Shown here in pieces: positions 62,617 to 64,000 of a stretch of DNA of 64,000 bases. The stretch lies in contig CAVSMN010000014.1 of assembly GCA_963729045.1 (NCBI GenBank), positions 32,001 through 96,000 of the forward strand, read 5' to 3'. The position numbers and the translations under genes are program-made. The stretch is from an uncultured Nitrososphaeraceae archaeon (GTDB lineage Archaea; Thermoproteota; Nitrososphaeria; Nitrososphaerales; Nitrososphaeraceae). Position 1 is the first letter of the stretch; each line of letters starts with the position of its first letter. A model generated the notes under the pieces. The model was not told where the DNA came from. It worked only from the letters and a program-made list of their open reading frames with translations, and did not search any database.

Positions 62617-64000
62617 TTATTCATTCATTACGTGATTATTCGATCCTATAAATTTCCCATGTCCTAAATTTTCAGGAAGTACCATTCCATTTTCCATAAT
62701 TATTTTTCCCCTTGATATGGTTGTGATGGGCCAGCCTTGCAATTTAATCCCGTCATATATTGTGTAGTCTGAGGAAGATTGCAAGAGGTCTGGGGTTACT
62801 TTTTGTACCAAATTCACATCTATAATGACTAGATCTGCATCTGAGCCCTTTTGTATTGTGCCTTTTTTAGGAAACATTCCAAATATCTTTGAAGTATTGT
62901 AACTGGTTAATTCTACCAAGCGCTGTATTGGCAGTTGTCTTAGATTTACTCCATAATGTAGTAAGACGGGTAACATAGTGGCCACTCCAGGAAACCCTGC
63001 TAGTGCGGTCCAGATGTCATTATTTTCCCCGGACTTTAAACTCAAGGTATTCGCAACGTGATCGGTTCCTATAGTATCAATTACTCCGTTTTTTATAGCA
63101 CTCCATAAACTAGCTATATCATTCTTGGAGCGTAAAGGTGGTACAACCTTGCCCCTTAAATCACCAAAATCTACTGAGTGAGTCAAATAATGCGGACAGG
63201 TTTCAATGTAGGCATTACAGCCTCCAATTTGCCTCTCAGTTAGTATAGCATCCAATGCACCATTTGATCCTATATGAACAAAGTAAATATTGGATCCAAA
63301 TTGTCTAGCCATGTTCATTATCTTTTTTATGGCTATTACTTCGCTCTCGGGAGGTCTACATTTAGACCATATGTCAAGTGGATTATCCTTGCTAGGGTTT
63401 GTTGGATTATTTTTTATATTTTCTGCACCTGCATCTAAAGAACTGCTATCTGTTCTTGACTTTTCTAATTTCTTCTCCTCAATGAGATTCGCACACGTAT
63501 TATGGTCTTCTGCGTGTACGAGAACAACCGAATTCTTAAATGTTGAAGACTTGCCGACGACGCTATTACAGAGTTCATCTGAAATGAACACATTTTTCGG
63601 TAGACGTAAATTTCTATGAGGGTACATATCCATCAATATCCTATTATCTGTCGAACCTAGATTCATGTAGAGTTTGAATGAATGTATCCCACTTTGATAC
63701 AAATAAGAAATATCATTAATTTGATCAGAATTTAGTATCGATGCATGTATGCCATAGTCTATGAAATGGTTCCTTGCACTAGCTTCTAGATGCTTGGATA
63801 TTTCATCTTTATATGATTCGTATACTCTAAGCATCCGCATAATGGTGGTCACCCCACCAACCGCAGCAGATTTGGATTCGGTTGCTGCAGCCTTTTCAAT
63901 AGGTGAAAATACCCCATAATGTACGTGGGGATCGATTAATCCCGGTAATACATACTTATCATTTGCATTTATTGATTTTGAATAATTTACACTAGCTGAT
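62617..64000 (-). CDS. Cyclic amidohydrolase (dihydroorotase/hydantoinase/allantoinase-like), 5' end outside the window
   Basis: PGLIDPHVHYG, SAAVGGVTT, SFKLY, HAED, ETCPHYL, PPLR and GTDH motifs; frame is open to the window edge. Confidence 0.92.
   Translation of the reverse strand, partial: SASVNYSKSINANDKYVLPGLIDPHVHYGVFSPIEKAAATESKSAAVGGVTTIMRMLRVYESYKDEISKHLEASARNHFIDYGIHASILNSDQINDISYLYQSGIHSFKLYMNLGSTDNRILMDMYPHRNLRLPKNVFISDELCNSVVGKSSTFKNSVVLVHAEDHNTCANLIEEKKLEKSRTDSSSLDAGAENIKNNPTNPSKDNPLDIWSKCRPPESEVIAIKKIMNMARQFGSNIYFVHIGSNGALDAILTERQIGGCNAYIETCPHYLTHSVDFGDLRGKVVPPLRSKNDIASLWSAIKNGVIDTIGTDHVANTLSLKSGENNDIWTALAGFPGVATMLPVLLHYGVNLRQLPIQRLVELTSYNTSKIFGMFPKKGTIQKGSDADLVIIDVNLVQKVTPDLLQSSSDYTIYDGIKLQGWPITTISRGKIIMENGMVLPENLGHGKFIGSNNHVMNE

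Overview
AT-rich archaeal chromosomal DNA. Gene content (J-domain-ferredoxin fusion, cofC/D/E, archaeal proS, proteasome beta subunit, Nre, cupredoxin, P-II, D-loop-intron tRNA) points to an ammonia-oxidising Nitrososphaeraceae archaeon, most like Ca. Nitrosocosmicus; this taxonomy is inferred. About 15 genes are split by single-base indels, most likely long-read consensus errors, and are reconstructed here across the breaks. About 34-52 kb is mostly housekeeping. The two best candidates for undescribed systems are: (1) a YcaO-TfuA thioamide-synthase pair with a divergently transcribed, core-less NHLP/Os1348-like small protein (52.8-55.1 kb); (2) a nitrogen-scavenging cluster (11.7-19.6 kb) made of a sodium:solute symporter, an atypical ureohydrolase, a stand-alone urease-gamma-like protein, a divergent chaperonin with a His-rich tail, and two RHH-type DNA-binding candidates, whose intergenic regions share a CGTA-N3-TACG palindrome. 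RNA genes absent from the ORF track are tRNA-Arg(CCU) with a D-loop intron, RNase P RNA, and a dual-guide box C/D sRNA. All family assignments come from motif recognition by eye; no database searches were run.
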